Below, one piece after another: positions 1 to 11,700 of a stretch of 64,000 nucleotides of DNA. The DNA is taken from IMG/VR virus record IMGVR_UViG_3300007513_000001, positions 124,001-188,000 of that record. One strand, 5' to 3'. Every line of letters begins with the position of its first letter. The stretch's first letter is position 1. Position numbers and translations under genes: made by a program. The notes under the pieces were generated by a model. That model did no database searches, was not told the DNA's origin, and was given only the letters and a program-made list of their open reading frames with translations.

Positions 1-1
1 G

Positions 2-475
2 AAAGCTCCTGTGAGTAAAGTCAGAGCTGAGAACGCGGCATTCGACGATACCAGGTTTAGTATTGAAGTTTCCGCTGTTCGAGCTTTAAATGAAGACATT
101 GTTCTCATTATGTCTTCATTAGACTTTTTTAATAATGCTATCGGAAGTCCAGAGCTTCAGTTTGCTGTATCTTATCCCGAGTTAGAAAAAATGCGAAGGA
201 TATATTTTAATAGGCTAGATAAAAAAATGAGTTTCAAACAACTGTTTGAATTCTTTAAATGGTTTGATGATTCTCTTTCAATCATGATTGAAAGGCTAGT
301 ACCACGCCACACTAATTTCCTCGGCATTAACTTTGTAATAGAGTCTCATATGCTAGAAAGAAATAAGATGTGCTATGCATCTCAAGCTGCCGTATATCTC
401 GGAGAAGAAGATAGAAGACAGCTACAGACTGATTTGCTGCTTAGACAAATTGTGATAAACTTGAGGAAGATGTAA
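2..475 (+). CDS. C-terminal end of a large structural (probably baseplate) protein, truncated by the window start
   Basis: The frame is open from base 2 (aaa gct cct gtg...), so the GTG at 11 is probably not the real start. The stop overlaps the next start (TAATG at 473-477). Structural role inferred from context. Confidence 0.55.
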   Translation, partial: KAPVSKVRAENAAFDDTRFSIEVSAVRALNEDIVLIMSSLDFFNNAIGSPELQFAVSYPELEKMRRIYFNRLDKKMSFKQLFEFFKWFDDSLSIMIERLVPRHTNFLGINFVIESHMLERNKMCYASQAAVYLGEEDRRQLQTDLLLRQIVINLRKM

Positions 476-3081
476 TGGCTAGTACTGTATATCCGCCACT
501 AACAGCGTCTTACCCATTCGTCCAAGGATTAAATGTAAAGACTTTTAACATTTTCTCTCAACGACTCATCGGGACCGTGGGTAGAAACTCTAGATCTAAA
601 ATAGTGTCTCTCAAGACAGTGGTTTCAAGTTCTACTAGAGGCCATAATTTACCCGCTGGAGGCTCTGGTTACAAGATAATAAACCAATCTATGCCTGGGT
701 ATTTCGATGATTCTCTCTATTCGCAACAGGGAGTTACTGTAGAAAAAGGCTCGGGCCCAGCAACTAATTCTTATGTCACGATCGAAGTATTAACCGCTTC
801 ATGGACGCAGACCGGCTCTCCATTTATTGAAATTCAGGTTTGGGATAATTCAAATCTTTCTTCTGGTGGAGCAGAAGAAATGACTCACGGAACTGGATCT
901 GGTGGAACAGAAATCGATGGAGTACAAAGATGGACTAATGACTCTAGTGCATATACAGTTAATGACGGCATGTTTGGGGTGTATGGAAGCGAAACTGGGA
1001 CGGACGCGGGGTTCGGTGATGCACATAGGTACACCATAGGAACACCGGTATTTTGCATAACTGGAAGTGATGGAACAACAGTTACAGGCTCACAACATGT
1101 GGCGCAAGATTTATGGACTGTGCTGTCGGGAGCCGTGTATTATGGCAGGGATGGCTATGGTATACCAGGCTATTCTAGTGGATGGAATAATGGTCCGGTT
1201 TTCGAAATGGCCAGTCGCTGGTCTGGATTACCTTTAAATGTTGAATATGCACCAAACGGCTTAAGAAATGTAGTAAGAGTATCCGCAGCATCAGGCAGCA
1301 TTACAATTGGCATTACTTCTTCTTTTCCAGAAGATGCAATAAGAGTAACTTCTGTACCTGCTGGCACGGCCGAAGCATCATTTGCCTCCGAAGTAGGGAT
1401 CGCTTCCTTTTCAGAAACTGAAGGCTCTCTAACCTTTTTGCCACAGTATAATTTAGAAATTGCAAATTTTGGGTACGATCAACCAGAAACTTATGAACCA
1501 TTCGTAGAAAAAGTTTCTCTCCTCGGCCGTGGTTTGTCGGACGGAGGAGGCTTATTTACGAGTGTGGGATCTGGATCTGAAAAGGGCGCTGTTTCTGTAA
1601 GAGCTTCTCAAATGTTCGCTAAAAAATCGGACAATTATTCTGCTGGGGTAGCTAGCTCTAAACATCCCTTTGCCGAGAAGGAAGCTTTCCTGAGGACGAA
1701 ATTTAATAAAGCAGTAAATGTAGAGCATCCTGGAAAACTTTATCTTGTCAGTCAATTTATTTCTGGCGCAGAGTTAAACTATGGCACCGAAGGTTCACCA
1801 TCTTATTTTTATACAGAGGGATTAAAATTCTTTCATTACGATTATGATATAGCTCAAATACCGGGCAGTCGATATGATATAAAAAATAAATTCTATTGGA
1901 ATGGAATAATAGAGCCTTTGGACATAAGAAAAGAAATAACGGGCCTGCATACTTTTGTTGGCGATTTCTATGATCCAATTTCAAACACTCTTAAAGGGTC
2001 AGTAAGCTCTACAGAAAGACAGCTTACTCATTTAGGTTTGACAGTTCCAATAAGCGAAAATTATGATATAGTAAACGATATAAAAATTACTCCTTTTGAA
2101 TTTATAGACAAGGGGGCAAACATATACGGTCTTTCGTTCCCGGTAGAAAAATATGTTGAGTCTATTCCTAAGCAGTACAGGATGACGATAACTAACACGT
2201 TTAGGGATCCCGACACTGGCGATATGTTGACTTACGATCCAATTCTCGAAGAAGTCTCGGCTATTCATCTAGAACGAATAAGCGGTGCTGGCGGAAGTTA
2301 CTCATTTAGCCTGATGGGCAGTATAACACCGCATATAGACGCCACCACAGACCCAGACTATTCGCTGGGCCAATTTAGTATTCGACCGAAAGCAAAAATT
2401 GATATCGCTCGCGAAATTACTTTTGCTATTAATTCGGGAACTATGGGATCGTATCTTTCTGCTTCTTGTGCCGAAAATCCACCAACAGTAATTATAAATG
2501 CAATTTCTGGGTCTGTATCTTCAGGCACATCTACCCCTGTTTCTTGGCCGAGTAGTTTCACCCTTAGAGACTTTAATGAAGTCGTCCAAGGATTCGATCA
2601 ATGGTCTTGGTCTAGCATACCATGTCGAGAATCTACAGGCGGATCTTATAATGACTACTCTATTTACCTTAATTTGTTAGACTTGTCTGAAAATCCAGAC
2701 CCATTTATAGAAATTGAAACAAATGTTGAAAATTACGAAACGCTTCTTAGAACTAGTGATAGAGAACTTCAAGTGATATTAGCAGTATCTAGTTCCGTTG
2801 CGACGATCCGCACCGATAAATATGCCGGGGCTATTCCAGATGAAGCTGGCGTAGCGCGCGCTTCAGATGGTGCTATCATCAGGTTTGGTTCTACAGGGCA
2901 TCCTGGGACCCCAGCCGTCTGGGATCAGCGAGGGTACAATCAAAGAATACAACGGTTCACGTCCAATCGTCGACCGATGGACCCATTTTCTGACACAGAG
3001 AGATCTACACCAAGAGGCATAGTTTATGAAAACACTCCATTTGGATATGATTCTATAGCTTATGGAGGTTATAAAAAATGA
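475..3081 (+). CDS. Hypothetical virion structural protein (868 aa, Ser/Thr/Gly-rich)
   Basis: Long ORF translationally coupled at both ends; many [ST][GA]S motifs; lies in the structural cluster. Confidence 0.6.
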   Translation: MASTVYPPLTASYPFVQGLNVKTFNIFSQRLIGTVGRNSRSKIVSLKTVVSSSTRGHNLPAGGSGYKIINQSMPGYFDDSLYSQQGVTVEKGSGPATNSYVTIEVLTASWTQTGSPFIEIQVWDNSNLSSGGAEEMTHGTGSGGTEIDGVQRWTNDSSAYTVNDGMFGVYGSETGTDAGFGDAHRYTIGTPVFCITGSDGTTVTGSQHVAQDLWTVLSGAVYYGRDGYGIPGYSSGWNNGPVFEMASRWSGLPLNVEYAPNGLRNVVRVSAASGSITIGITSSFPEDAIRVTSVPAGTAEASFASEVGIASFSETEGSLTFLPQYNLEIANFGYDQPETYEPFVEKVSLLGRGLSDGGGLFTSVGSGSEKGAVSVRASQMFAKKSDNYSAGVASSKHPFAEKEAFLRTKFNKAVNVEHPGKLYLVSQFISGAELNYGTEGSPSYFYTEGLKFFHYDYDIAQIPGSRYDIKNKFYWNGIIEPLDIRKEITGLHTFVGDFYDPISNTLKGSVSSTERQLTHLGLTVPISENYDIVNDIKITPFEFIDKGANIYGLSFPVEKYVESIPKQYRMTITNTFRDPDTGDMLTYDPILEEVSAIHLERISGAGGSYSFSLMGSITPHIDATTDPDYSLGQFSIRPKAKIDIAREITFAINSGTMGSYLSASCAENPPTVIINAISGSVSSGTSTPVSWPSSFTLRDFNEVVQGFDQWSWSSIPCRESTGGSYNDYSIYLNLLDLSENPDPFIEIETNVENYETLLRTSDRELQVILAVSSSVATIRTDKYAGAIPDEAGVARASDGAIIRFGSTGHPGTPAVWDQRGYNQRIQRFTSNRRPMDPFSDTERSTPRGIVYENTPFGYDSIAYGGYKK

Positions 3082-6000
3082 AAAGGGATTTTAGAAGATC
3101 AGAAATTCCTGATCTTAATCAAAATTTTCGAAATTATCGTAGCGGTGCATCTCTTTTAGCGCATTATGTTTTTGGTCAATATGATTCTAATACTGGAACT
3201 ATTGAAAATATAGCTAAGGGCAGCAGCTATGCTGCGTTGACTTATGAATCGTCAGTTGATCCTATTACTGAGTCAGTGTATGGATCGCCCTACGTAGGAA
3301 AAACTGATCTAAGATCATTTTCTTTTAAAAAACTTAGAAAACAAAGTGTTAGATTAGTTTATTCAGCGACTGGACTAAGTTCTAACCAAGCGCCTGTTAC
3401 TATAGCTGGCTGGGCCAGAATGCCATCTTTAGACGGAGACGGTGATGCCACGCTCAGCATATTTACGAGTGTTACGGCTGGATCTACTTATAGTGAAAAC
3501 GTTACAGGAGCTTTAAAGTTTACTTATAGACCATCAATAAGCAAATTTTCTTTTTCTATATCTGGTGTCGATTCAAACGGCTCAACAACTACGCTGGTTT
3601 TACCAACTAGAGTAATTCAAAGTTTTAAAAATTCTAAAGCTATAATGGGCGGTAAATGGTTTCATTTTGCAGTAAACATTTCAAATAGTTTAACTAATGG
3701 TGTTAGCGCAGACGATTTTATTTCTTCTCACACCAGTATTTACATTAACGGAGAGAAAGTCGCTGACGGCTCCAACGCAACAGGCGGTGACGGCACATCT
3801 GGAAATAAACTTGCTGGTAATTTTACTATAGCTAATTTATCTACAGATTTAATATTTGCCAAAGGGCCAAGCGACACTGGATTATTAGCTAATTTTTCTA
3901 CTTTAGAAATTCATGAAACAGCTATCTGGTCGAAAGTTCTTGGAGCTGTTGAAATAAAGTCTCTCTATGAAGCTGCTATAATGTTTGTTGGGAGCGGTGT
4001 AGTAAGTTTGCCGCCAAGAGTGCAAATTCAAAACGTTTCCAACAATGCTATTGTTAACCCATTAAATATTTCAGTGGCACAAGACATCCGCTTGTTAAAT
4101 ACTAGCTCATTTTTTGATGACACTATATCTAGAGAGTTTGGTAGCGAAATATTCATAAACTATTCTGCCAAAGTTCCCGTCACAAGTTTTTCTCACATAT
4201 ATTCAGGTGTGGCAGAAAATGTTATATTAAATCATCTAATAACTGCTTCAGTGGCCTCTCCTTCACTTCCACCAGACATTTATGTTTCTGCTTCTTTGGG
4301 ATCTGCGTTCTCTGCTTCGCACAATGTTTCGACTGGCTCCGGTATTTGGAGTGATGAAACTATTAACAGGGCAGATTTTACAGCAATTAATTATGGAGAT
4401 AATTCCGATCGGCGATATTCGTATCTTAACAATTCTAGGCCGAGTGGCTTTATATTTCCATCTTACGGAAGAGGGTATAGTTGGAATACTTCTAAAACCC
4501 CAGCTCCGTATGAGCCGTTTGTAGATTCTGCAGTAACGTTTGATAAGTGGAACCAGGTTTGGACGAAAGATTCTAAAATAGGGTTAACTTTTAGTGCTAG
4601 TCTTGATGCGCCAAGAACAGATCGAAGAATCGTATCTATTCCGTTTACGAACCTCAGCACGAAAAATCTTAGAAGATACGATGCTGGCGCAGAAGATCAG
4701 GACTACGACGGTTTCAAAGGCGCGGGCAACTCTGCAACAGCATCGACTACGGGATTTTGTTTTTTCGACTGGAAGCAGGGCCGGTGGGCAGACAAAGGAG
4801 ACGGCCTTGCAGACGGAACTAATGGTATATACCATTTTAGGTTAATAGCTGAAAGATTCTATCGGTGGAATTGGCTTACGCAATCAGTAGACCCAGGTGA
4901 TCTTTCATCACCATCCTACCCAAGTAACAACTCGACGTTCTACCTATCTGAGTCATACATAGACGGCCGAGGTTCTGGCGGACCAACTATGCCAATCTAC
5001 AAAAGGGATCCTGTCCCCGGCCAAGTCTGGAGAAAATGTTCGCCGCCAATAGCTGGTTTTGATAGTATACCAAGACAATTTTTCCCTGGTTTCAAAGATG
5101 TAGATAGCTTGTTTAGCAGCCGCTCTTATGCAGAAAGCATCAAAATGCCGGCTTTCTTAACATCGAATAAATATGCTGGACACCCTATGGTTCAATACGG
5201 TGCACCGCAAGACACGAGATATTATGCTCCTGATACGCAAGTTATAGATACTTCTAATTACTTAGCGGCTCCATTCATGCTTGAAAAAATAATATTAGAG
5301 CTTCCCGTTGAAGGGATACGAACCTACTCTAATAAAGATAGATATCCAGGAAATGCATATCCGCAAGATGATTATGTGTTTTTCTTATATAGACAAGAAA
5401 GAAATAATCCTGTGTCTTCTAAGGAAACTTCAACCGCAATCCAGGGAGTGCTCTCTGCGAGCAATAGATATTTAATATGCAGCGGAAACGTTGCTGTTTA
5501 CGCCAACGATTGCTGGGATTCGGATTCGAGATCTGTAAATCCATACGGTGGCGCCCCAGTCGGTCTTCGAGGTAAATCTTACACAGACCATTTTTATGAC
5601 ACAGAAACAGGCGCAACCAATCAATTTTCTCCAGTAAATAGCCCAGATCAGGCTTTACCATTATTAAAATGGAAACTTACTGGGGACCCATTTAACACTG
5701 TTCAAGATATAAAATGGAGCGATAAATATCTTTATTATGGATATCCATCCGCTTTCGCTGGTAGCACCCCGGCAAAAGAAGTAACTACGGGCGAAACTAA
5801 TGTAGTTATTTCAATGACGCCGGCAGTTGCGCCAAAGAGAAGATATGGTAGATTTTGGGAACACACTCAAGTTTTAAAAGTTTATTCTGGAAATTATGAA
5901 CAATTGTCTAAATATGGAAGGCTGTACTACCCGGGAGGAGGGGGAACTTACCGTATCCCAGTGAATAATCAAACAGCTATCAGAGACTCCGAAGGCTTAA

Positions 6001-8678
6001 ATATTAACAAATCTTTTCTTTTTGCTTCTTCGGCGATAAGTGCTCGAAACCCCAACGCTAATATAATGACGATGCCTACCGATATATCGTCTTCTTTAAA
6101 TTATAATTGGTGCGCTCCTGTATGGTCAGTCCCTGGCGGTGCGACATACCCTCAGGGCACTCTTGGACCACAGCCCGTAAATGATAGTGGCGCCCCATCC
6201 GGATATAATGTTAGCGCAAATGGTAATTTTCAATTTAAACATTTTGATATTACTAAAGATCCCACTTTTGCACCAAAATCAGATCCAACTAGCAAGAAGT
6301 GGGTAACCGTTATTCCAGGTGAAGTCCCGCCTGATTTCAATAGGGGAATGCCTGTTTTCTGCACTTGGCTAGGTGGAACGTCTACAGTAGGATTCCACCA
6401 GATCAACGAGGGGATAAGAGAACCATCGTTAGTTAAAACTTACCTGACTAAAAAATCTGCAGCCTCAGCAACTCCTTGGTATGGACAGCGTTTTCCATAT
6501 TCAAAACCACCTGTTACTCTTACACCGCTCGGCGTGATAACAGCTTCAAACGAAACATATTTTAATTATTCTAATGAGCCATTTTCTGCAGTTCCCAATA
6601 GGCACCCTAATGCGTTTTTTGAAATAAATCAATTAAACGAAGTTAATACTAAAAGATATTTTTCTGCCGAAGTTAACGATCCAAGAACCGTTAATCACTC
6701 TTTTTCTCATAGATACACACCATATAGAGAAACGGTTTCATCTTCTTTCTTTTCTGGATCTATCGGAGTCGACGATTTTTATGCAACAGCTAGAGATTTT
6801 GATATTGTTTGGAATAGTACGAGATTAAAATTTGATCCACCGCCTGCAGCTTCATCTACAGAAACTGGATATCTACTTTTTCCAGGAGACGAATTAATAC
6901 TTGGCGTCGAAGCAGCGATCGCTGCTCCTTCGTATTATTGCTCTGGAAGTATAACTTGCATAACAGGGTCTTATCTAAAGTTACTGCCCGGGGATTGCAA
7001 GATTACACTGGTCGGATCTTATGTTAAAGACAAAAAGAGAGTTTTAAATAATTCAGCTCAACAGCTATTAAATGCTAATGCTTCATTTGCGATCGGAATG
7101 GATATTGTCACCGATCAGTTTGAAATAGAGTCTAGAGATTCATATACTGGAAATTTCTTATCTCAAGAAATGTCAGGTGCCGTCGTTACACCGGTGGCCA
7201 AGTCCCCGATACAACCATCGACTATTGCAGTTCATCTCCCGCCATATGGCGCTTACCTGAACGGCAGAACTGTTTTAGAATGGCCAGGAATGGAAAATTT
7301 CCGAAACTACAGAAAAGTAGTTTCGGAGACACTCTATGAAAATATGGGAGATACATATGCATTCAATCGATTTGTTAAACTTTCTCAAAGCGGCTCTCTG
7401 TTTTATGATAGTTTAGTCCCCAATGTTCAAGATTTATGGGCGTCTTATACGCCATTCCAAATAGGGTATAATCCCAGTACGGTAACGCCCGTTCTTGGAA
7501 TGACGTTATCTCCAGGTCCAGATGGAATAATTGATACGCGTCATAAACTTTCTGCATTTGGAACTATTTCTAGAGCTTGGCTCCAAGCTCTTTGGCCAGG
7601 AGCTAAAGGAAGCGCTGATGTAATGAATCCAAGACAGTCTGAAATATTTTTAGAAGCTTATAACGAAAACTGGAATAATTCTTTTCCCTATGAGCCAAAA
7701 TATACCAGAAAGATGAAAACTGCAGATGGTGAAGTATTGACTATTCTGCCAACAAGAAATTCAGAGCAGAAGTTTGTAGGCGTGGCAAATGCTCATGACG
7801 GAAATGGCCCATCGCTCAGCCTTCAGCGGGGTATGGTTGGAATAGTTACCCCTCTTAAGATGACGAATGTAAATAATCTGCTTCCAGATCCTGCTAGCCC
7901 GAGAGCTGGAGTAGATCAAGTTAACTTTTTAGATTCTCCCGGTTTAATAATGTGTTCTCCTAAAAAGAAGTCTAAAGGCTCAGTTCCTTATGTTGCAGGC
8001 ACAACCGCAGCCGGCTCCCCCCCAGACATAAATGCCTTTAGGAATGCTTATTTGGCACCAAACCATAAATTTTGGTATCGCTCAGATGACTCTAAGATGC
8101 TTTTGAAATATCTTTACGGAATAGAAACTGGAAATGATTTCTTCGCAACAAGAACTTATACTTCTGGAGCAGCGCTACAGGATTCTAGAGAGTATATGAT
8201 GGGAGCTAGCACCGGTATAATACGTTGCCCTTATGCTCCATCACCGAGAACTTATCCATACTATCATCAAAAATTTATGACTACTAAACCCAGAGGCTGG
8301 AAATATGGAGTGATGAATGCACTTCCAATCGCGCCTTCCGCTATTTTCCGTGGTAATAGGTTCGGGCAGTTTAGAGATATGTTAGAACAGAGAAGAGATT
8401 CGGTGGTTTTCAATGTTGGAGGAGAAAGTGTGGACTTTTCCACACTTCCAGTTGTTGTTACTTTTAAAGAGCCATCTTGGAAGACGAATTTAACTGATCC
8501 TGGAGGCGAAGTATCTGTTTCTCCAGAAGAAACACACAGCTCCAATCTAAGCTTGTACGCCACTAGTTCTGTTCCATATTTTGACGATCCAAAACAAGCT
8601 CAATATCCTACTGGCCGAAATAGATCTTCTGTATGTGATTTTAGAGATTATGTTGAAGTTACAACTGACACGGAATAA
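3078..8678 (+). CDS. Large structural protein (1866 aa) with N-terminal LamG/ConA-like beta-sandwich; putative baseplate or receptor-binding protein
   Basis: LamG-like signatures TIAGWARM...GKWFHFAVNI...TSIYINGEKV...EIHETAIWSKVLGAVEIKSLY. Confidence 0.65.
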   Translation: MKRDFRRSEIPDLNQNFRNYRSGASLLAHYVFGQYDSNTGTIENIAKGSSYAALTYESSVDPITESVYGSPYVGKTDLRSFSFKKLRKQSVRLVYSATGLSSNQAPVTIAGWARMPSLDGDGDATLSIFTSVTAGSTYSENVTGALKFTYRPSISKFSFSISGVDSNGSTTTLVLPTRVIQSFKNSKAIMGGKWFHFAVNISNSLTNGVSADDFISSHTSIYINGEKVADGSNATGGDGTSGNKLAGNFTIANLSTDLIFAKGPSDTGLLANFSTLEIHETAIWSKVLGAVEIKSLYEAAIMFVGSGVVSLPPRVQIQNVSNNAIVNPLNISVAQDIRLLNTSSFFDDTISREFGSEIFINYSAKVPVTSFSHIYSGVAENVILNHLITASVASPSLPPDIYVSASLGSAFSASHNVSTGSGIWSDETINRADFTAINYGDNSDRRYSYLNNSRPSGFIFPSYGRGYSWNTSKTPAPYEPFVDSAVTFDKWNQVWTKDSKIGLTFSASLDAPRTDRRIVSIPFTNLSTKNLRRYDAGAEDQDYDGFKGAGNSATASTTGFCFFDWKQGRWADKGDGLADGTNGIYHFRLIAERFYRWNWLTQSVDPGDLSSPSYPSNNSTFYLSESYIDGRGSGGPTMPIYKRDPVPGQVWRKCSPPIAGFDSIPRQFFPGFKDVDSLFSSRSYAESIKMPAFLTSNKYAGHPMVQYGAPQDTRYYAPDTQVIDTSNYLAAPFMLEKIILELPVEGIRTYSNKDRYPGNAYPQDDYVFFLYRQERNNPVSSKETSTAIQGVLSASNRYLICSGNVAVYANDCWDSDSRSVNPYGGAPVGLRGKSYTDHFYDTETGATNQFSPVNSPDQALPLLKWKLTGDPFNTVQDIKWSDKYLYYGYPSAFAGSTPAKEVTTGETNVVISMTPAVAPKRRYGRFWEHTQVLKVYSGNYEQLSKYGRLYYPGGGGTYRIPVNNQTAIRDSEGLNINKSFLFASSAISARNPNANIMTMPTDISSSLNYNWCAPVWSVPGGATYPQGTLGPQPVNDSGAPSGYNVSANGNFQFKHFDITKDPTFAPKSDPTSKKWVTVIPGEVPPDFNRGMPVFCTWLGGTSTVGFHQINEGIREPSLVKTYLTKKSAASATPWYGQRFPYSKPPVTLTPLGVITASNETYFNYSNEPFSAVPNRHPNAFFEINQLNEVNTKRYFSAEVNDPRTVNHSFSHRYTPYRETVSSSFFSGSIGVDDFYATARDFDIVWNSTRLKFDPPPAASSTETGYLLFPGDELILGVEAAIAAPSYYCSGSITCITGSYLKLLPGDCKITLVGSYVKDKKRVLNNSAQQLLNANASFAIGMDIVTDQFEIESRDSYTGNFLSQEMSGAVVTPVAKSPIQPSTIAVHLPPYGAYLNGRTVLEWPGMENFRNYRKVVSETLYENMGDTYAFNRFVKLSQSGSLFYDSLVPNVQDLWASYTPFQIGYNPSTVTPVLGMTLSPGPDGIIDTRHKLSAFGTISRAWLQALWPGAKGSADVMNPRQSEIFLEAYNENWNNSFPYEPKYTRKMKTADGEVLTILPTRNSEQKFVGVANAHDGNGPSLSLQRGMVGIVTPLKMTNVNNLLPDPASPRAGVDQVNFLDSPGLIMCSPKKKSKGSVPYVAGTTAAGSPPDINAFRNAYLAPNHKFWYRSDDSKMLLKYLYGIETGNDFFATRTYTSGAALQDSREYMMGASTGIIRCPYAPSPRTYPYYHQKFMTTKPRGWKYGVMNALPIAPSAIFRGNRFGQFRDMLEQRRDSVVFNVGGESVDFSTLPVVVTFKEPSWKTNLTDPGGEVSVSPEETHSSNLSLYATSSVPYFDDPKQAQYPTGRNRSSVCDFRDYVEVTTDTE

Positions 8679-8709
8679 CCATTTATAATATCTCTCTTTT
8701 TTAGGCTGC

Positions 8710-8717
8710 ATATTTAT
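8710..8717 (+). promoter_or_regulatory. Putative late promoter core ATATTTAT
   Basis: Matches the ATAnTTAY motif seen in most intergenic gaps; about 40 nt upstream of the ATG at 8759. Confidence 0.4.
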
Positions 8718-8758
8718 GGTATACTTTAGAAACAAGATCACTATCTAAGAGCGAATCT

Positions 8759-11700
8759 ATGGCCAGAATTAAAAAATCTAAGCTTAAAACTAGCGATTTC
8801 TTAACCATATCTAACAGTCGATCTGGAAAAATCGATACTTTAGTAGCTCCTAATGATTTGCAGATCGGTTTAGATGACGCAGGCTTTCGATCTTCTCTTA
8901 CTTCTACTGGAATAATAGTCGCCAAGCAGGGTTTTTCTGGCTCTTTAACTAAATTAGTAGATGGTAGCCCATATCTTAAAGCTGGAAGTAACGTTGCTTT
9001 AGCGACAGGCTCTGATGGAGCAGTAACAATTTCTGCTTCTGGATTTACAAATAATCCATTGACTGCTACAGTTGCTGGCGGTTTATTTTTTGATACTGGC
9101 ACCACTTACGATGGGTCTGCTGCAAAAACTTTAGCTATTGATATATTCCAGTCTCGGGGTCTCAGTATCCATTCAAGCTATGGTCTGCAAATTGATTTTA
9201 CATCAGCTTCATCTGCAACCCCAGTAACTTCAGACAGAATTTTAATCGGTGACGCTGGTTCTTCATATGCTGCAAAATACTGCACAATAAGTGATATATT
9301 AAGCTTAGGGACCACTAGCACACTTTCAAATGCAATAACTTTTGGAAACGGAATAGAAGATTCTGCAGGTGCAGCTTCATCTTATAATAATACGGCTGCA
9401 GTCACTTTAGCAATAACTGCAGAATCTTCTAAGGGTATAGGAGTAACTTCAAGTGGAGTAAAAATAGACCCTTCCACACTATCTTCTGCTACTGTAGCTA
9501 CTGGTGACAAAGTTTTAATTGGAGATGTTGACGACAGCGATAATATAAAGTATGTAACAGCCCAATCAATTGCCAACTTGGCAACAGTTGGAACATTAGA
9601 TAACGCTCTGACCGTTGGAGATGGACTACAGTTAGATTCAGGAACAACTTTTACAGGAGCTAGCGCTAGAACAATTTCAGCCCAAGCTGCTGACGCTACA
9701 ATTTCAGTTGGTGGTTCTGGTTTAAGCGTTTTAAAAGTTCCTAATCATCTTACGAGTGCACGTGGTATTTCTAGTTTTTCTTACGACGGCTCAACTTCTA
9801 GTGTTTCAGTTGCAGTAGCATTAAGGTCGAACGGGGGAATAGGTTTTGACACAGACGATAAATTAGCGCTCAACATCTATAATTTAGCAGACGCAGATAT
9901 TTCTCTTTATGACTATATTCCATTTTATGACTATAGTGGAGGAACTTCAGCAGTTTCAAAAACCTCAGTTGGTCAATTAAAAACTTTAATATCAGGGGAT
10001 ATTACTGCTGTTTTAGCTGGAAACGGTCTCACTGGAGGAGGGACTTCAGGAGATGTTACTTTAGCTATAGACGACAGTATTGTTGCGACGGTGTCTGGAG
10101 CTACTTTTACTGGAGGTGTTAATTTTAATTCTGGTGCAGATTTTACAGGTGCAGCTAAATTTAACACTGGATTAAGTGGCTCATTAACTAAGCTCGCAGA
10201 TGGAAGCGACTTTTTAATACCTGGCGCAAACGTATCTTTGAGTGTCGGTGCAAAAGGCCAAATTACTATTAGCGCAGTCGCTGGCGGCGGCGGAATAGCA
10301 GATGGAAATGCTGAGTATTTAGTGCTGGCAGCTACAGGGTCATTATCTAATGAAAGAGTGCTTACTATGGGCACTGGACTAACTTCTTCTGATTCTGGCG
10401 CAGGAAACAACTATACGCTAACGGTAAGAGATTCTATTTTCGCAGCCTTAACTGGTTCTCAGTTCTCCGGAAACATCGGAGCAACAGGATCTATAGGATC
10501 TACTACTCTCGTAACTTCTCCAGCCTTTTCTGGGTCTTTAACACGCCTTCAAAATGGTTCTTCTTATTTAGTCGCTGGAACTGGAATAACTATAGCATCT
10601 GCATCTAACGGCCAGGTAACAATCACAGGAAACGTTGGCGATATTACAGGCGTCACCGCCGGTACTGGACTTACCGGAGGAGGCACTTCTGGCGATGTTA
10701 CTTTAAATGTAGATGATGGAGTAGTGGCCACAGTTTCTGGATCTACTTTTACAGGCGCTGTCCAGTTTAATTCAGGGATGAGTGGATCTCTTACACAACT
10801 TACAGATGGATCGTCTTATATAGTCGCTGGATCTGGAATCACGATAGCATCTGCTTCAAATGGCGCAATCACTATCACGAATGACGGTACGGTAGGAGAT
10901 ATTACAGGCGTCACCGCTGGAACTGGCTTAAGCGGTGGAGGGACGTCTGGTGATGTAACTCTCAATATAAGAGACTCTATCGTAGCTACCCTAACAGGTT
11001 CTCAGTTTTCTGGAAATGTTGGCGTAACAGGATCGATCGGATCTACTACTCTCATAACAGCTCCATCATTTTCCGGGTCTTTGACTCACTTACAAGATGG
11101 CACTTCATATATTTTAGCTGGCGCTAATATAACTGTAGCTTCTGCCTCGAATGGGTCTATTACAATAACCTCCGCTGATACGACTTATACAGCAGGCGAC
11201 GGCCTAGACCTTTCAGGCACTATTTTCAGTGCAGATTTAAAATCATCTGGCGGTTTGAAAATAGATTCTACTGAGATGGCTATTGATGACTCTGTTGTCG
11301 CTACCGTTTCTGGTTCTACGTTCACAGGTGCAGTTAAGTTTGATTCAGGAATGAGTGGTTCACTTACGCAACTTACAGATGGAACGTCATATTTGATAGC
11401 TGGTTCTGGGATCGGAATTACTTCAGCGTCTAACGGCGCAATTACAATTACAAATGACGGAACCGTTGGAGATATTACCGGAGTTACTGCTGGCACTGGA
11501 TTAACTGGCGGGGGTACCTCTGGGACGGTAACTCTAAACATCAATGATTCTATTGTCGCCACTCTTTCTGGTTCTCAGTTTTCTGGAGAGGTTGGTGTAA
11601 CAGGATCGATCGGATCTACTACAGTCATAACTTCACCAGCATTTTCAGGATCTTTAACAAATCTTCAAGATGGTACTTCATATCTAGTTGCTGGAAACAA